In this document: one piece after another, positions 1 to 12,582 of the stretch
How the letters are laid out: every line of letters starts with the position of its first letter
Numbering within the stretch: position 1 is the first letter of the stretch
Assembly: GCA_012295275.1 (NCBI GenBank)
Contig: CM022672.1
Span: forward strand, 14,198,001-14,262,000
Source: Chrysomallon squamiferum
Taxonomy: Eukaryota; Animalia; Mollusca
Length of the DNA: 64,000 nucleotides
Reading direction: 5' to 3'
Position numbers and translations under genes: made by a program
The notes under the pieces: generated by a model
Database searches by the model: none
Told to the model about the DNA's origin: nothing
What the model saw: the letters and a program-made list of their open reading frames with translations, nothing else

Positions 1-2577
1 ATCACCTGAATGAAAAAAAAAAATTGTACGAAATATTAAACAGGTAACCGGTTTTAAACTACAGCATGCAATTTATAATTTAATTAAATATTTAGAAGGA
101 AAAACAGTTTTAAAACCAAAAATAATCTTGCGATGTGTCTGTTATTAAAATCACTAACAAACAGCCTAATAAATTAATCATGTACTTTAATGATGTTTTA
201 CTAAGTTATGACTTTGCTAGACTTTGCTAGCAAAAATAAAACAGAAATTTCTTAATTGTGATATAAAATATTAATATTCCCAAATTTCTTTATGCATCAA
301 ATTGTCAACAATGGACTAAATTCTGTGCTACTACATTTAATTTGTCTACAAAATAATAACAACAAAAACAGCTATAATATTTTTTATCAGGATTAGTGGT
401 TAATACAAGAAGATAGAAGATGCATGAATTAATTTTTATTACCTGTTTCAACCTCTGATATATCTATGAATGTATCCTCTGATGCAGATGCCAACATTTT
501 GCCATCGTAACTAAAACTGAGAGCTCTGACAGGCCAGTCAAGTCTGGAATTAAAAAAAAATATTATTGATAAGCTTTCTGTTTCAATCACATTAAATTTA
601 AATTCCTTGATCGATTATCCTGTACACCAAAAAATGTCCACATATGCAAATTAAACTAACTTTATATATATTTTTCTGTCAATAGTTGTAACAGCATTTT
701 AAAGGTATTTCATGTATAAATATTGTTTTTTCCCCCAGTAAACTGGCATAACAGTTCAGATGTATTTCACATAAAACTAACTTTATTTCAGTAAAACAGG
801 TGTGGCATTACCTGGCAAATGTTCTCACACAGACAAGTTCTGTTGAGTCCCACAGTGAGACTAAAGCATCGGCACTTCCAGTAGCAAAGTACTTCCCTGT
901 AGGATCAAACTTAATACAGATGCATGCAGCAGGATGTGCATTCAACACCAGTTGCGGTTTCAGTTCTGGATAGCTAGAAAATAATTATTAAGTTATCTTA
1001 TATTTTTTGAATTATGTCACTCTCGTAGCTGACAGAAATTACACTGGGTTGTCAGATAACTTCATTCATTTTTTTTTTTTTTTAAATTCAAGTAACACTG
1101 GAAAAAATTAACATATGTGTCTGACATTACTATGTTTCCAATTCTGGACAGATAGAAAAACAGTGTTTAAACTATCTTAATTAACATTCAGTAAATGCCA
1201 CTAGTGCTATAAATTTATGCCAGAGTTTACAGATACATGCCACATGATATCAATACGTTAATAAAATTATAAATAAAATCAATTTTGATTAGCCCTTATC
1301 TCATACTTTAAAATTCTATTATGTTTTGGGGGTGGTTTCTAGGAGAGAGTATATTCTTTTTAAATTATATTTGAAATATGATTTATTATATAATTATGCA
1401 AAAATGTATGTAAATTTGCATATAGTACTTCTCTTTGGATGGAAGCAATTTAATATTAACTAGATTCATGCCAGAGATATTTTCACATATTCAAAACTAT
1501 AAATTCTTTTTGATTTGTGTGGACTTTTTATCTTTTAACCAAATGAAATGAAAACTGAGGATTAAGACTTACTCCTTTTGTTTTTTAAATTTACATACCT
1601 GAGAATGTGAATGCTTCCTTGGCCACTTGTTAGAAAAAACAGATCTCCTTCATTGTTCCACGAGATTTCATTTACTTCTGATCTGAATTGTTCTTCCACT
1701 TTTGAACGATGTGTTCTGGCATCAATAAATGTCACCAGATCCACCTTATTGCCAACTGCTATGGTGCTGCCATCTGGTGACCAACATATATTGATGTTTT
1801 CACCTGTTTGAAAAAACATATTACATAATATTAACGAATTACAAAAGAACAGGAAACACTGATAAAAGTGTTCTGTCTTTATAAACTATATAATTGTTTT
1901 ATTTTATATATATATATATATATATATGTTATCAATACTGGATGTATGTAGAAACGAACCTTTTGTGTTTATGGTAGCTGCTGATTTGTTCAGTCGAGTG
2001 TCCCAGATTCTGACTGTTTTGTCACCACTAGCAGTTACTAACTGATCTGGGTTTTTTGGATGCCAGCATAACTGATCTACTGTGTCCCCATGACCTCTGA
2101 ACATATGATCTCTATTCTGCATGAAAAACAATATATAAAATAAGAAATAAGAAAGAAATAAAGGAAATAATTAACAAAACATTATAGTATAAATAATATT
2201 AGTTTTATTACCCATTATTATGATTATAATTTCTCTTTAGTAGATTTTGTTTTTTAATATATCAAGGAATAAAGTTATTAATTAATTAAACACAATCTTA
2301 TATATATATACATGTATTAATTCATTCACTCATTATTAATTTTATAAATTAGTTTTAATTTAAAGTTTAACTTTAAGTAAATTAATTATATTAAATGTAC
2401 CAAACGGTCGCGTTCCAATGTGAAAATGCAAACACATTTGTCAAAAGAACCAGAAGCCAATTTTCGTCCATCACAACTCCAGGCAACAGAATGAACTTTT
2501 GCTGTGTGTGCCTGATTGTCTCGTATTCTGTTATTACTTAGAAAATATTTTCGCATTTGTTCCATGTAAGACGCCAT
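1..2577 (-). CDS. THOC3: THO complex subunit 3 (Tex1; WD40 repeat protein), 3' end truncated by window edge
   Basis: Exons 2577-2401, 2116-1960, 1803-1599, 973-812, 543-443 and 5-1 (continues). All introns are GT-AG with consistent phases. Translation includes [37 protein letters not shown]...[50 protein letters not shown] and [24 protein letters not shown], typical of THOC3. Confidence 0.96.
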
Positions 2578-2589
2578 TCTTGCTTGTTA

Positions 2590-2632
2590 TTTATTTATTT
2601 CCGCCTTAACCGGATGAAGCACCAATCAAATT
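2590..2632 (-). promoter_or_regulatory. Candidate THOC3 core promoter region
   Basis: Short CpG-containing patch just upstream of the ATG, with CCAAT (accaatca ~2621-2628) and an ETS-like ccggat. Motif match only. Confidence 0.3.
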
Positions 2633-3043
2633 ATCTTATTTCATACTCTTACCTGCAGTGTGTTTTGTTTAGAGATATTATATTGCATTAGGCAAATGCA
2701 AATCAATTAACGTTTTCTTTTTTTATAAAGCCTTTAGCCAACGGTTACAATAAAAGTAAATTATCAGAGCCCAGGACAAATTAAGCCTTAGCTGGGTTAT
2801 TTCTAATTCGAGTTACTGCTCGTAACTTCTTTATGGTGTTTTACTGGAAAGAGTATCTAATGAATTCCATCCGACAAAAGTAGTGGTTTTTGTTATTATT
2901 AGTATATTATTAGCGATATTAAAAAAAACAATCATTAATATCAAAATGTGTTTATTTGCAGGGATATATTAAACGTATATAAAGCAATGTTTTTTATGTT
3001 TACTTTATTATAGGTAAAATAATATGCTGGTAAACTAATATGT

Positions 3044-3082
<39 letters not shown>

Positions 3083-3379
3083 TAAATGAAATGACATGGT
3101 GATATTAAAGAAAAATAAATAAATAAATTTATAAATAATCAGAAACGAGAGACAAAGCACGTAGACAGAGAGAGACGAGAGACACTGAGAGAGATCAAGT
3201 ATTAGTTAAAAGCATATGGTCGTTCGTGATATGCATAATTTAAAACGTTGTTTACAAGCCAAACTGTATAAAGTTCAGTTTACATTTTCTTTTAATTAAA
3301 TTTTACTTAAATGTAAGAACAAATCTCTAGTGTAGAGATTCGTTCTTATATTTAAGTAAAATTTAACAATATCATTAAT

Positions 3380-3830
3380 ATAAAACAACAACATTAATAT
3401 AAAACAACAACATTAATATAAAAAATAACAAGAACAGTAACAAAAACAAAACAGTAATAACAACAAACAAGAACACAAACAGGTAACAATAACAGTAACA
3501 ATAATAATGATAATACGAGTAATAATGATAATGACAATAACAACAGCAACAATAATAAAAATAACAATAACAACAGCAGCAACAAAACAGCAACCATAAA
3601 TATAATTATTTACAGTAATAAACAAAACAGTAATAACAACAAACAAGAACACTAACAGGTAACAATATCAGTAACAATAATAATAATACTACGAGTAATA
3701 ATAATAATGACAATAACAACAGTAACAATAACAAAAATAACAATAACAACAACAGCAACAAAACAGCAACCATAAATATAATTATAATATTATTAATAAT
3801 AATAACAACAACAACAATAGAAACAAAATA
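3380..3830. repeat. Low-complexity (AAC/AAT)-rich tract containing a ~177-bp tandem duplication
   Basis: aaaacagtaataacaacaaacaagaacac...cagcaaccataaatataatt occurs at ~3447 and again at ~3624. Confidence 0.8.
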
Positions 3831-5659
3831 ACAACTATAAATAAAAAAGTAATATTAATAATATTATTATTATTAATAATAAAATAACATATGCTGTGTA
3901 ATAAATCTAATACAGCTGCAGCCATGCAGAAGCACTCAACCTGGATTAACACGGTGAATCGGTCTACCGAGCTTCAATCACAAGGTCAGAAACTATTGTA
4001 ATATGACTTACAATTACTTTTCAAACGAATAAACACGACCGTACAAATACAATAGGACATAATTGTTATTGTTATATTCCAGCTGCCTGCTAAATACCTG
4101 TTAATTTTTTTTTTGTTTCAACTTCTCCACAGGCAGCTAGCGCGCACATGAGTTTGCGACCGAGGGTCGTCGAATGTTTAAAAAAGAAAAGAAAGTATAT
4201 AGTGATATATGTTACACACACGTTTTGTAAACAAAATCAATTATCAATGAAATTTGAAACTGGAAATAACGTCACACACGGGATTATAAGAGTAAATTGC
4301 GATTTCTGTTGCCTTTCATTTGCTCGTCACTGAACACAATGAACGTCATTCGCTATGCAAAAGTTTGGAAATGGAAAGCCAGACCGCCGTTCAAAGAGGC
4401 TGAAAGGAAAGAAAGACCCAGATTTTCAAAGAAAAAGTTTTCACTGCTTTCCACAGCGACGATTGAAGAGGTCAAAACTGAAGGTTTGTCTATTATATAT
4501 ACACATATACATATATCATTCAGAATGGAGAAAAAAACATTCAGATGACAAAAGGATTGCTCGAATTACCAATAAAAGAGAAACTTACTCTCCCGCATTA
4601 GAACCCTGCCCAGGTCTGAATTAAGACTTTCTAGGGCTGTTATAGGAATCAAAGGTTTGGGGTGGGGAGGCCTCTTTCCTTCAGTGATTTTATGCGTGTA
4701 TATCTTTATTCTATCATCTTGTTAAAATGTATGATCTGCCGTGTTGTATATTGTCTCTCACAAGCCTGAGCGAAATAAAGGTTCACTTCAAATCAAAACT
4801 TTTCGGTAAGTCTCATGCTGTGTATCACATTATCAAACTTTCCAAAAAAACCAACAAAACTATATCAAATATTAGACTATACATTTTCAAGATCGCTAAG
4901 AATAATAATAAAAAAAAAAATAATAATAATAAAAAAACTTACACAAACAAAAAAAAAAACCCAAAAAAACTCGGGGATGTAGCCAGTTTTTAAAGTCATG
5001 AGGCGTCATATATAAATCATAAAAGATAATGAAAACATGTTTTTGGGGTTGTTGTTTGTCGTTGGTTTTTTAATTTATTTTATTTAATTTTTTAATTATT
5101 ATTATTTATTAAGGGAAACAAAATGTTAATGTCGCTTTTGAACAATTCCACTATTTTTACAATCGAAAAAAACACCTTTAAACGTTCTGCCAGAACTGTG
5201 ACAATGACAATCGAATTTAAGTACTATAACCAAGTCGATTATACTCACTACTGCCAAAAATAAATCTTTGCCGTTTATTAGACGACTTTGTTTTAATTAC
5301 ATTTAATTATTTCGATCTGAGATTTGCAAACAGTAAATTATAAATAAATTGTTATTCCAGTAAATTAACTAGTAGTACTAGGAAGAGGAGGAGGAGCGGG
5401 CCTATAGCAGTAGCAGCGTTTTACTAAATATGTTGTTTGTTGTTGTTTTTTTTTTTTTTTTTTATATATAATTTTTTTTTTTTTTTTTTTTTTTGAAATT
5501 AGGCTGATAACAGAAATCTGGTAAAATTAATAAATAAAAAAATATTTTTTCCAAAAAACCCCCAATAAAATAAATAACAAATAATAATAATCTTAAGAAA
5601 CGAGCAAAAATTAACTTTAGCCTTTTTCCGATTTGAAAGCGCGACTTTCTGTACGCAGT

Positions 5660-5700
5660 TTGTTGATTGGTCAAGGGTTTCTACGATTGATTGGATACTT
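5660..5700 (+). promoter_or_regulatory. Paired reverse CCAAT boxes (candidate distal promoter)
   Basis: gattgg at 5665-5670 and 5689-5694 within a locally CpG-containing stretch. A donor-like ttt|gtaaga follows at ~5966. Confidence 0.3.
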
Positions 5701-6084
5701 TTGTTTACGAGTCGATCTTTAATGGGGTGTCTTATGCATGTCCACTGTTCAATGAAATGAGTGGTTTTCTTTTCCTTAGAAAATTTATATCAGCTCGTCG
5801 TAAGTTATTATGCCTCAAAGAACATTTCTTTTACTATATATTAAATTTTGAGAATATTTTTGATTTATATATTGCTGTCATACTAAAGTCTAAGGCCATT
5901 AAATATATTTCCGATCGTAATTTATTTTCGATTGTCTAAAGTTCTAAACTAAATTAACAAAATTTGTAAGAAAGAACTAGCCCCAAATCTTTATGCACAC
6001 GAACTACAGAAGAAATAGAAAAACATTTCGAAAAATATACATTCTCTTATAAGATCCTTCAAAAGCATATCTTCAATGATTGAA

Positions 6085-6117
6085 CATTATTATTATTATT
6101 ATTTAATATTATTATTA

Positions 6118-6173
<56 letters not shown>
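6085..6173. repeat. (TTA)n microsatellite
   Basis: Direct reading. Confidence 0.9.
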
Positions 6174-6175
<2 letters not shown>

Positions 6176-6830
6176 AGTAATCTTATAAATATTTCTCCAA
6201 TATATTATATAAACATCCACTCATCCCAACATTAATTTTGTTGAAATGTATGTTAAGTAGTAAACTTATAACAGAAGTCAATTTATGAAAACAAAAACCT
6301 TTCAGCTGACGTAAATAAATAGCCCAGGAATGTGCAGGACAAGTGGTTTGATAAAATTATGTTTCTTACTTTATAAGAATTAACATGCAGATGTGTTATT
6401 CCTTTGTTATAAAATTATGATTTGCTGTATATAAAAAAAATGTTTTGAAATTTATTATTAGGAGTTGCAAAAAACCCAAAATCAATAACAAAACATTATT
6501 TATGTCAAAATTAATTATATCCAGTTATATTTAGCTGCATGTTATTAAATTTTTAAATATCTCTTATTGTTGTTATTGTTACTACATTTCAGTAGTAGTT
6601 TTTGTCATAGTTGTTATTATTTATATTTTATTTATTTACTATAAATAATAGTTTTAATGTTAAAGATATTCTGTTTAACTATAAAATTTAAAGAAAATAT
6701 TAGACTAGATTTTACTTAATATATTCTCTACTTATACAAAGGACCAATCATTTTTTTTCTGTGGATTTAACAAGCATCTCTGATGTTTGCAAATTCAAAA
6801 ATGTGTGGATGTATTCTAGATATATATGCT

Positions 6831-6834
<4 letters not shown>

Positions 6835-6893
<59 letters not shown>
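6835..6893. repeat. (CT)n microsatellite
   Basis: Direct reading. Confidence 0.95.
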
Positions 6894-6895
<2 letters not shown>

Positions 6896-7050
6896 AACTG
6901 TACTTAACCATTAATTATGCACACAGTGTAATAAAATGGTAAAGATGAACTTTTCCAACATAATATATATTTTCAATGAAAGAATTATTAAATGTTTGTT
7001 TCATTTATTTGTGATAATTCACATCAGTAAGTTTCAAGAGATACATGCAA

Positions 7051-7081
<31 letters not shown>

Positions 7082-8755
7082 CATACATGAATGTATATAT
7101 GTATTTTTATTTATAATAAATTTCATTATAAAGTCAACCATTTAAAACATTAATAATGAAATAACAATTTTAACTGAAAATAATTCTTTAAGTGATAATA
7201 CCATTTATAAGTTCATTTATCTTAACTCATAAATAAGGTATCTATGCACAAACAGATTACTCTGAAATGATTAGTATATAAAATAAACCTTGAATAACCA
7301 GCAAGTACTTAGGCAAAGAAGTACTGTGAGAAAATAAATCTACAATACTTTAATGTGATCCATTATGGTAGAATATTCAGGGATTATGACAAAAGAATAA
7401 TATCAGTTAATCCTACCCGTGAGACTGTTATTGTTAATTATGGATGTGTGCAGTCATGGTTGATACATATATTATTTTCACAGTCATTTCAGTTAATGTG
7501 ATAATCAGTCTTGGTCTTTGGGTTGCAAGTTCAAATCCCTATATTGGCTTCTGTGTGCACAAAATATTAATAGATGTAGTTTTCTATTAATACAGTTTGG
7601 TTAATTATGTACATATGCTGTCATGACTGACATACCTCAGTCAAACCCCAGTACTGACTCGAGCATGCACTAAGTAAACTTATAGCTTCGTAGGTTTTTC
7701 AGTATGGTTTTTTGCCCTTGTATCTTATGTTCTGGATAAAGAAAGCCATAATATTTTTGCAAATTATCTTAATTTTTGTCTCATTTTTATGGTCCTCTTT
7801 AACTCTTTATTCTTGTAAGAAAAATAAGTACATTACTATAAATCATTTTTGTACACACTTTTATAAATGAGCTTCTGTTAGTTTTCTACTAAGTAGAATA
7901 CTGAAAACTAAATATCTTTCAGGAAGGCCTTAAATTTCTTCACATAGTCTTCTAAGGCTAGTTATTGTTTGCTTGTGTTTTAAGTACTACCAATACAAAT
8001 ATTTTCAAGACTGGCCTTAATTTTCTGTGCCATTCTGTAATCTTCTTAGTTTTACATGTTTTGGCATTAAGATGCTGCATTGTCAAGTAGTGTATGAGGA
8101 ATTAGACTTCATCAATCTCATGCATTATACACTAAATGTTAAACCCTCCTTGTATTCCAGCTTTTTTCACAGTCATCGGTCATTTTAAATGTCAACTGCC
8201 ACTTAGAAGAGGACAGAAGTGACACACTGTTTAGAAAAATACAAATGTTTCTTTTATAATTTTTTAAGAATAAGCAAAGTTACAATTTTGTTTCAGTTTT
8301 TGGGTGTGTTTTTTTTTTCAACCATTTATTATTAAATTAAAACACTGTAGTAAAATGCAAACTATGTTTTGTAGCATATACATTCATGCTCAGCATATAT
8401 CATTCCGGGAAGAAAATATGACTTACTATTTTTCAGAGCTTTATTATTCAGTTTAAAGGTTGTACAAAAATCGAACTTGTCATGTATTGTTTAAAGCATG
8501 TACACTTCTGTTTCTTTCTGTCCATCATTTGCTGTGTATTCCTATCTACAATCATATCTCTTTCCCTTAATATTTGTCCCTTAGATTCTTACATTCTTAC
8601 ACACCCACTCTTTTTTATTTTAATTTTTTTTAGCATTATCCTTAATGAAATATAGTGACAGCTTAAACAAATTAACATGCTCTAACCTTTACTGAATATA
8701 TTAATTATTCATTAAAAAAATAATAATAATAAATAAAAAAATAAATACGTATATA

Positions 8756-8793
<38 letters not shown>

Positions 8794-8974
8794 GTATAAT
8801 AATAAAATGAGATAAAAATGAATAAAAATAAAAATAATAAAGTTAGTATTTTTTATGCCAGTGTAGAAACTGAAAGCCAAATGAACTCATGTCTTGGAAG
8901 CTTTCAGAAAACCATGTATTGTTTTTGACAGGTGCAGACCAACAGATCTGAAAGGTGGTAACATCACCTTTGGG

Positions 8975-9029
8975 ATGTTTGTTATTGCCACACCACATGG
9001 GGACAGCACAGTTAAGGATCAAAACCAAG
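8975..9029 (+). CDS. Candidate alternative first coding exon A of FANK1 (MFVIATPHGDSTVKDQNQ)
   Basis: Acceptor tttttgacag ends at 8931, the frame is open, ATG at 8975, and donor AAG|gtggga is phase 1, matching FANK1 exon 16040. Confidence 0.45.
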
Positions 9030-9637
9030 GTGGGATGCTTATGCTGCTTTACTTCCTACAGGTTTTCACTGAAAAGATCACAGTCATTTATCCATACTGC
9101 TTGTTATTAACAAATGGCATCTTTGAATGAAAGAATATGTCTAGTGAATTTAGGTTTCTTAGATATGTTTATTACAAAATCAATGATCCTGAAAGTAGCA
9201 GGCTTGCACTCTGTCACATAAGGTAAAGCTCAGTAAATTAAAATGCATTTCTCATAGCCATTTTTTCAAATGTTTGCCATTATAAAACTCCTTAAAAAAA
9301 AATGCCTCAAATAAGTATTGCCAAAAAAAAAAAAAAAAAAAATCACTAATATTATTGTTTTATTTATTTATTTATTTGTTTTTTAATCTTTCCCATTTTG
9401 AGCACTCTTTCCAGTTGCACATTGGTCCAAGCTTAGTTACCAGTGTTCATTTATCTTTAAAACTGATATTTTTATTTTGAACAGATTACAAAGAACCACC
9501 CCTTTTTTTTTCTCTTCTCAATGTTTATTTTTTATAATTTTTATTGCATCCACATTATACCAATAAAACACTGTACATCTTTTTATTTTCTATATCTCTT
9601 TGAATAAAAATACATTTTTTACAATAAGGAAAGGAAA

Positions 9638-9640
<3 letters not shown>

Positions 9641-9726
<86 letters not shown>
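9641..9726. repeat. (GA)n microsatellite
   Basis: Direct reading. Confidence 0.95.
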
Positions 9727-9732
<6 letters not shown>

Positions 9733-10237
9733 TTTTTTGAAAACATTAAAAAATCTAATTCTGATTTTCTTATATTGTAACAGATTTATTTATATACTTA
9801 TAATTTTAATATATTATTATTATTATTATTATTGCTATTATTATTATCATTATTTGCACTATTATTATTCTGTAATAAAGCTTAAATATTACTAGTATTT
9901 TTATTACAAATATTATCATCATCATCATCATTTTATATTAAGCTTTTCAGCTGATTTCTGCTTAATACAATAATTGATGCACTTTGAGAGAAATGACATT
10001 CGTCAAGTATTATATACCTTCTTCCTGGCAGTATTATTTCCAATAAGCTTAGCGTGGCCTAAGTCACTGCTTGCTTGGGTCTAGTGTACTTTAGTTTCTC
10101 TCGTTTGTCATGCTCAGAAAGAAACTGATTGTATGAATACTTTCTGTTTACCATACCACACAAGGAAGACAATCAGATTATACTGAGTTCATCAAAGACA
10201 GACATATTTTACACAGTTCTCAACATAAACTGTTTGT

Positions 10238-10298
10238 TCTTCTTGTTGTTCTTCTTCTACTTCTTCTGCTTCTTCTTCTTCTTCTTTTTCTTCTTCTT

Positions 10299-10328
<30 letters not shown>
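10238..10328. repeat. (TTC)n microsatellite
   Basis: Direct reading. Confidence 0.9.
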
Positions 10329-10329
<1 letters not shown>

Positions 10330-11475
10330 TTATTATTATTCAGAGAAGACTGTTGCTTAGTCATTGAAATCATAGTCTTAGGAATAATGGGTTTCAGGAT
10401 CAGTTGTCCTTGGTACATCCATCTTTTTCTGTTTTAGTTGATGTTGGTTTTAATCAAAGGAAAGGTGCATACAAAACAATCCTCACCTCTATTCAGTAAA
10501 GTGTAGTTTTGTTACCATTATCACTGCCGATATTTTTACTTCATCTATTACTTTAACTACTGCTACTGTTAATAATACAACTACTACCACCTTAACCATC
10601 ATAAATGATTAGTATTACCATTCACAACTATTATTATTATTATTATTTTAATACACTTCACTTTGATAGTTAAAATTTCAAAGCATGAAGATTATATTCA
10701 TTTTAGAATTTTATTATACAGTGAAGTTTAAAAAAGTTTAAACAGTTTATATATTTTTAAAACAAGTTTAATACATATGCCTGTCTGCATGACAGAATAT
10801 TTATAAACATTTAATCTTTGTTATTTTGTTTTTTCATGTAATAAACTACATATCACCCCAAAAAAGAAATAATAATAATCTTAATTTTTCATCAAGAATG
10901 GTTTTTAATTTTGTGTATGTTGTCATTTTTGTTGTAAATTTTAGTTTCTGATTAATTTATAAGATTGTTCAAATAATATATCAAGTCCTGTTTTTATTTA
11001 TTAATCTATTTTTTTTCAAATTTACCTTGCAAGAGAATATAGACCACATATTTGCTTTGCTTGGTTGACATTCCTTCCAGAACATACTGTTATAACTTTT
11101 GTCACGTATTTGAGTCCTGTGTTACTTTGCGCTTAATTAAATTTTTGACCCAAGTGTTTTGATTAATTTTTACTGCTCTCTTTGCTGATAACAAAATAAA
11201 AAAGCTTTATGGTGAGCTGGTAAACATTATTGCAGCCTGTGTGCATAATGGTATAGGATCGCATTGTTAGTATTGTTGTTTTTCTTTCTCTCTCCCTGTG
11301 TGTGTGTATGCTGGCTTGTCACCAAGGCAGTTGCTAGCATCTAGTGCTGTTAGGTGGTGTGAATATGTTTGTATGAATGTGAATTAACCAAATTTTTTTA
11401 GCATATTTTGACACAATTCAATGATTGAGTATAGAAACTGTTCACTTGTGTTTACCGTTGTCGAGAGGAAAGCAT

Positions 11476-11500
11476 ATGGGTAGCAGATGTCCAGACATAG
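11476..11500 (+). CDS. Candidate alternative first coding exon B of FANK1 (MGSRCPDI)
   Basis: ATG GGT AGC AGA TGT CCA GAC ATA G|gtaaga: strong donor, phase 1, with an in-frame stop upstream of the ATG. Confidence 0.5.
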
Positions 11501-12407
11501 GTAAGAAACTAACCATTCAGTGAGAGTCATTTATATTCAAGTCTGGTAAAGAACCTACTTCTATTTTCTTTTATGACGGGCCTCGTAAATGAACCATTTG
11601 ATCAATAACTGTATCTGTTCAGCTGCTAATATACATGCAGAAAATTGTAGTTATTATAATCCCCTATTTTTGTAATACAAATAAACTTACATAAAGGTTT
11701 CTTTTTTCTTTTCTTTTTATTTCATTTTGTTCACAACGTTTGCTTCGTATATTAACCTTATAAACTGGCGTCCCACTATTTTTACATTCAGTCTTGCTTT
11801 GATTTGTTACCTTACACTGTCGTGCTTGTTGTGTTAAATCATAGCCCATCACATTAACATTACCACTAATCTCCCACCATTCTCCCACCTGTCAATTCAT
11901 CTAGCCACAACTGACAGAGGCCAACTGGTGTCAAGAGCTTTTCTAATTGACAGCACACGGCTGGCCAAGCCTTTGAGAAATAATCGAAACATTGGGTATT
12001 GGTTTTTCAATAAATACAAAATAAAAAAAAATAAAAAGTTTCTCTCCAGACTCAGTCACTTGCACATTTGAAGTGGATTTCTTGCTCAGTGCTGCAGTTT
12101 CGCACGTTGATGTTGAGTGGTTATGCTGTGTCAAGGAGCGTGCGTTGTTCTGAAATCAGCTGGACTCCTCACTGTGTAATTAGATGAATTATTGAAGCTT
12201 CAAACATTCCTCTGGAAGTTTTCGTTTGGTCTTTTAAGATGTAACAGTCGTTTAATAACTGACGGGAAATGAAACATTCAAGACTTGGATTGCTTTTGTC
12301 TTTTTCTCAGGAATTTCATTGAATTCTCTGTATTTGATCTTTAAGATGTGTGTGAAAGGTGTCTAATTTGTTTTGTGGAGGTGTTTTTTTTGTTGTTGCT
12401 ATTTGTC

Positions 12408-12550
12408 ATGGATGAAAATCAGAAGATAAATTCCAATAATAAAGGTATGAAATCTGACTTGGTATTTTGTATAATCATTACGTAATAGTGTGTTTAAAAT
12501 ATGGTACATATGTATCTACTGAGAATTAATAAATAGATAACAAGAAACCA

Positions 12551-12582
<32 letters not shown>

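Noticed and set aside
3375-3652. Poly-Leu/Cys/Ile ORFs here and at 9555, 10129, 13555, 20518-21912, 25395-26304, 57936 and 59147
   Set aside because: Translations of microsatellites and low-complexity tracts.
7515-7545. tRNA T-arm/B-box-like ggttgcaagttcaaatccct (also A-box-like gcagttcagtggtaga at ~43628 and a tRNA-head-like stretch at ~28740-28805)
   Set aside because: No complete cloverleaf can be folded. At most these are decayed SINE remnants that I cannot delimit.
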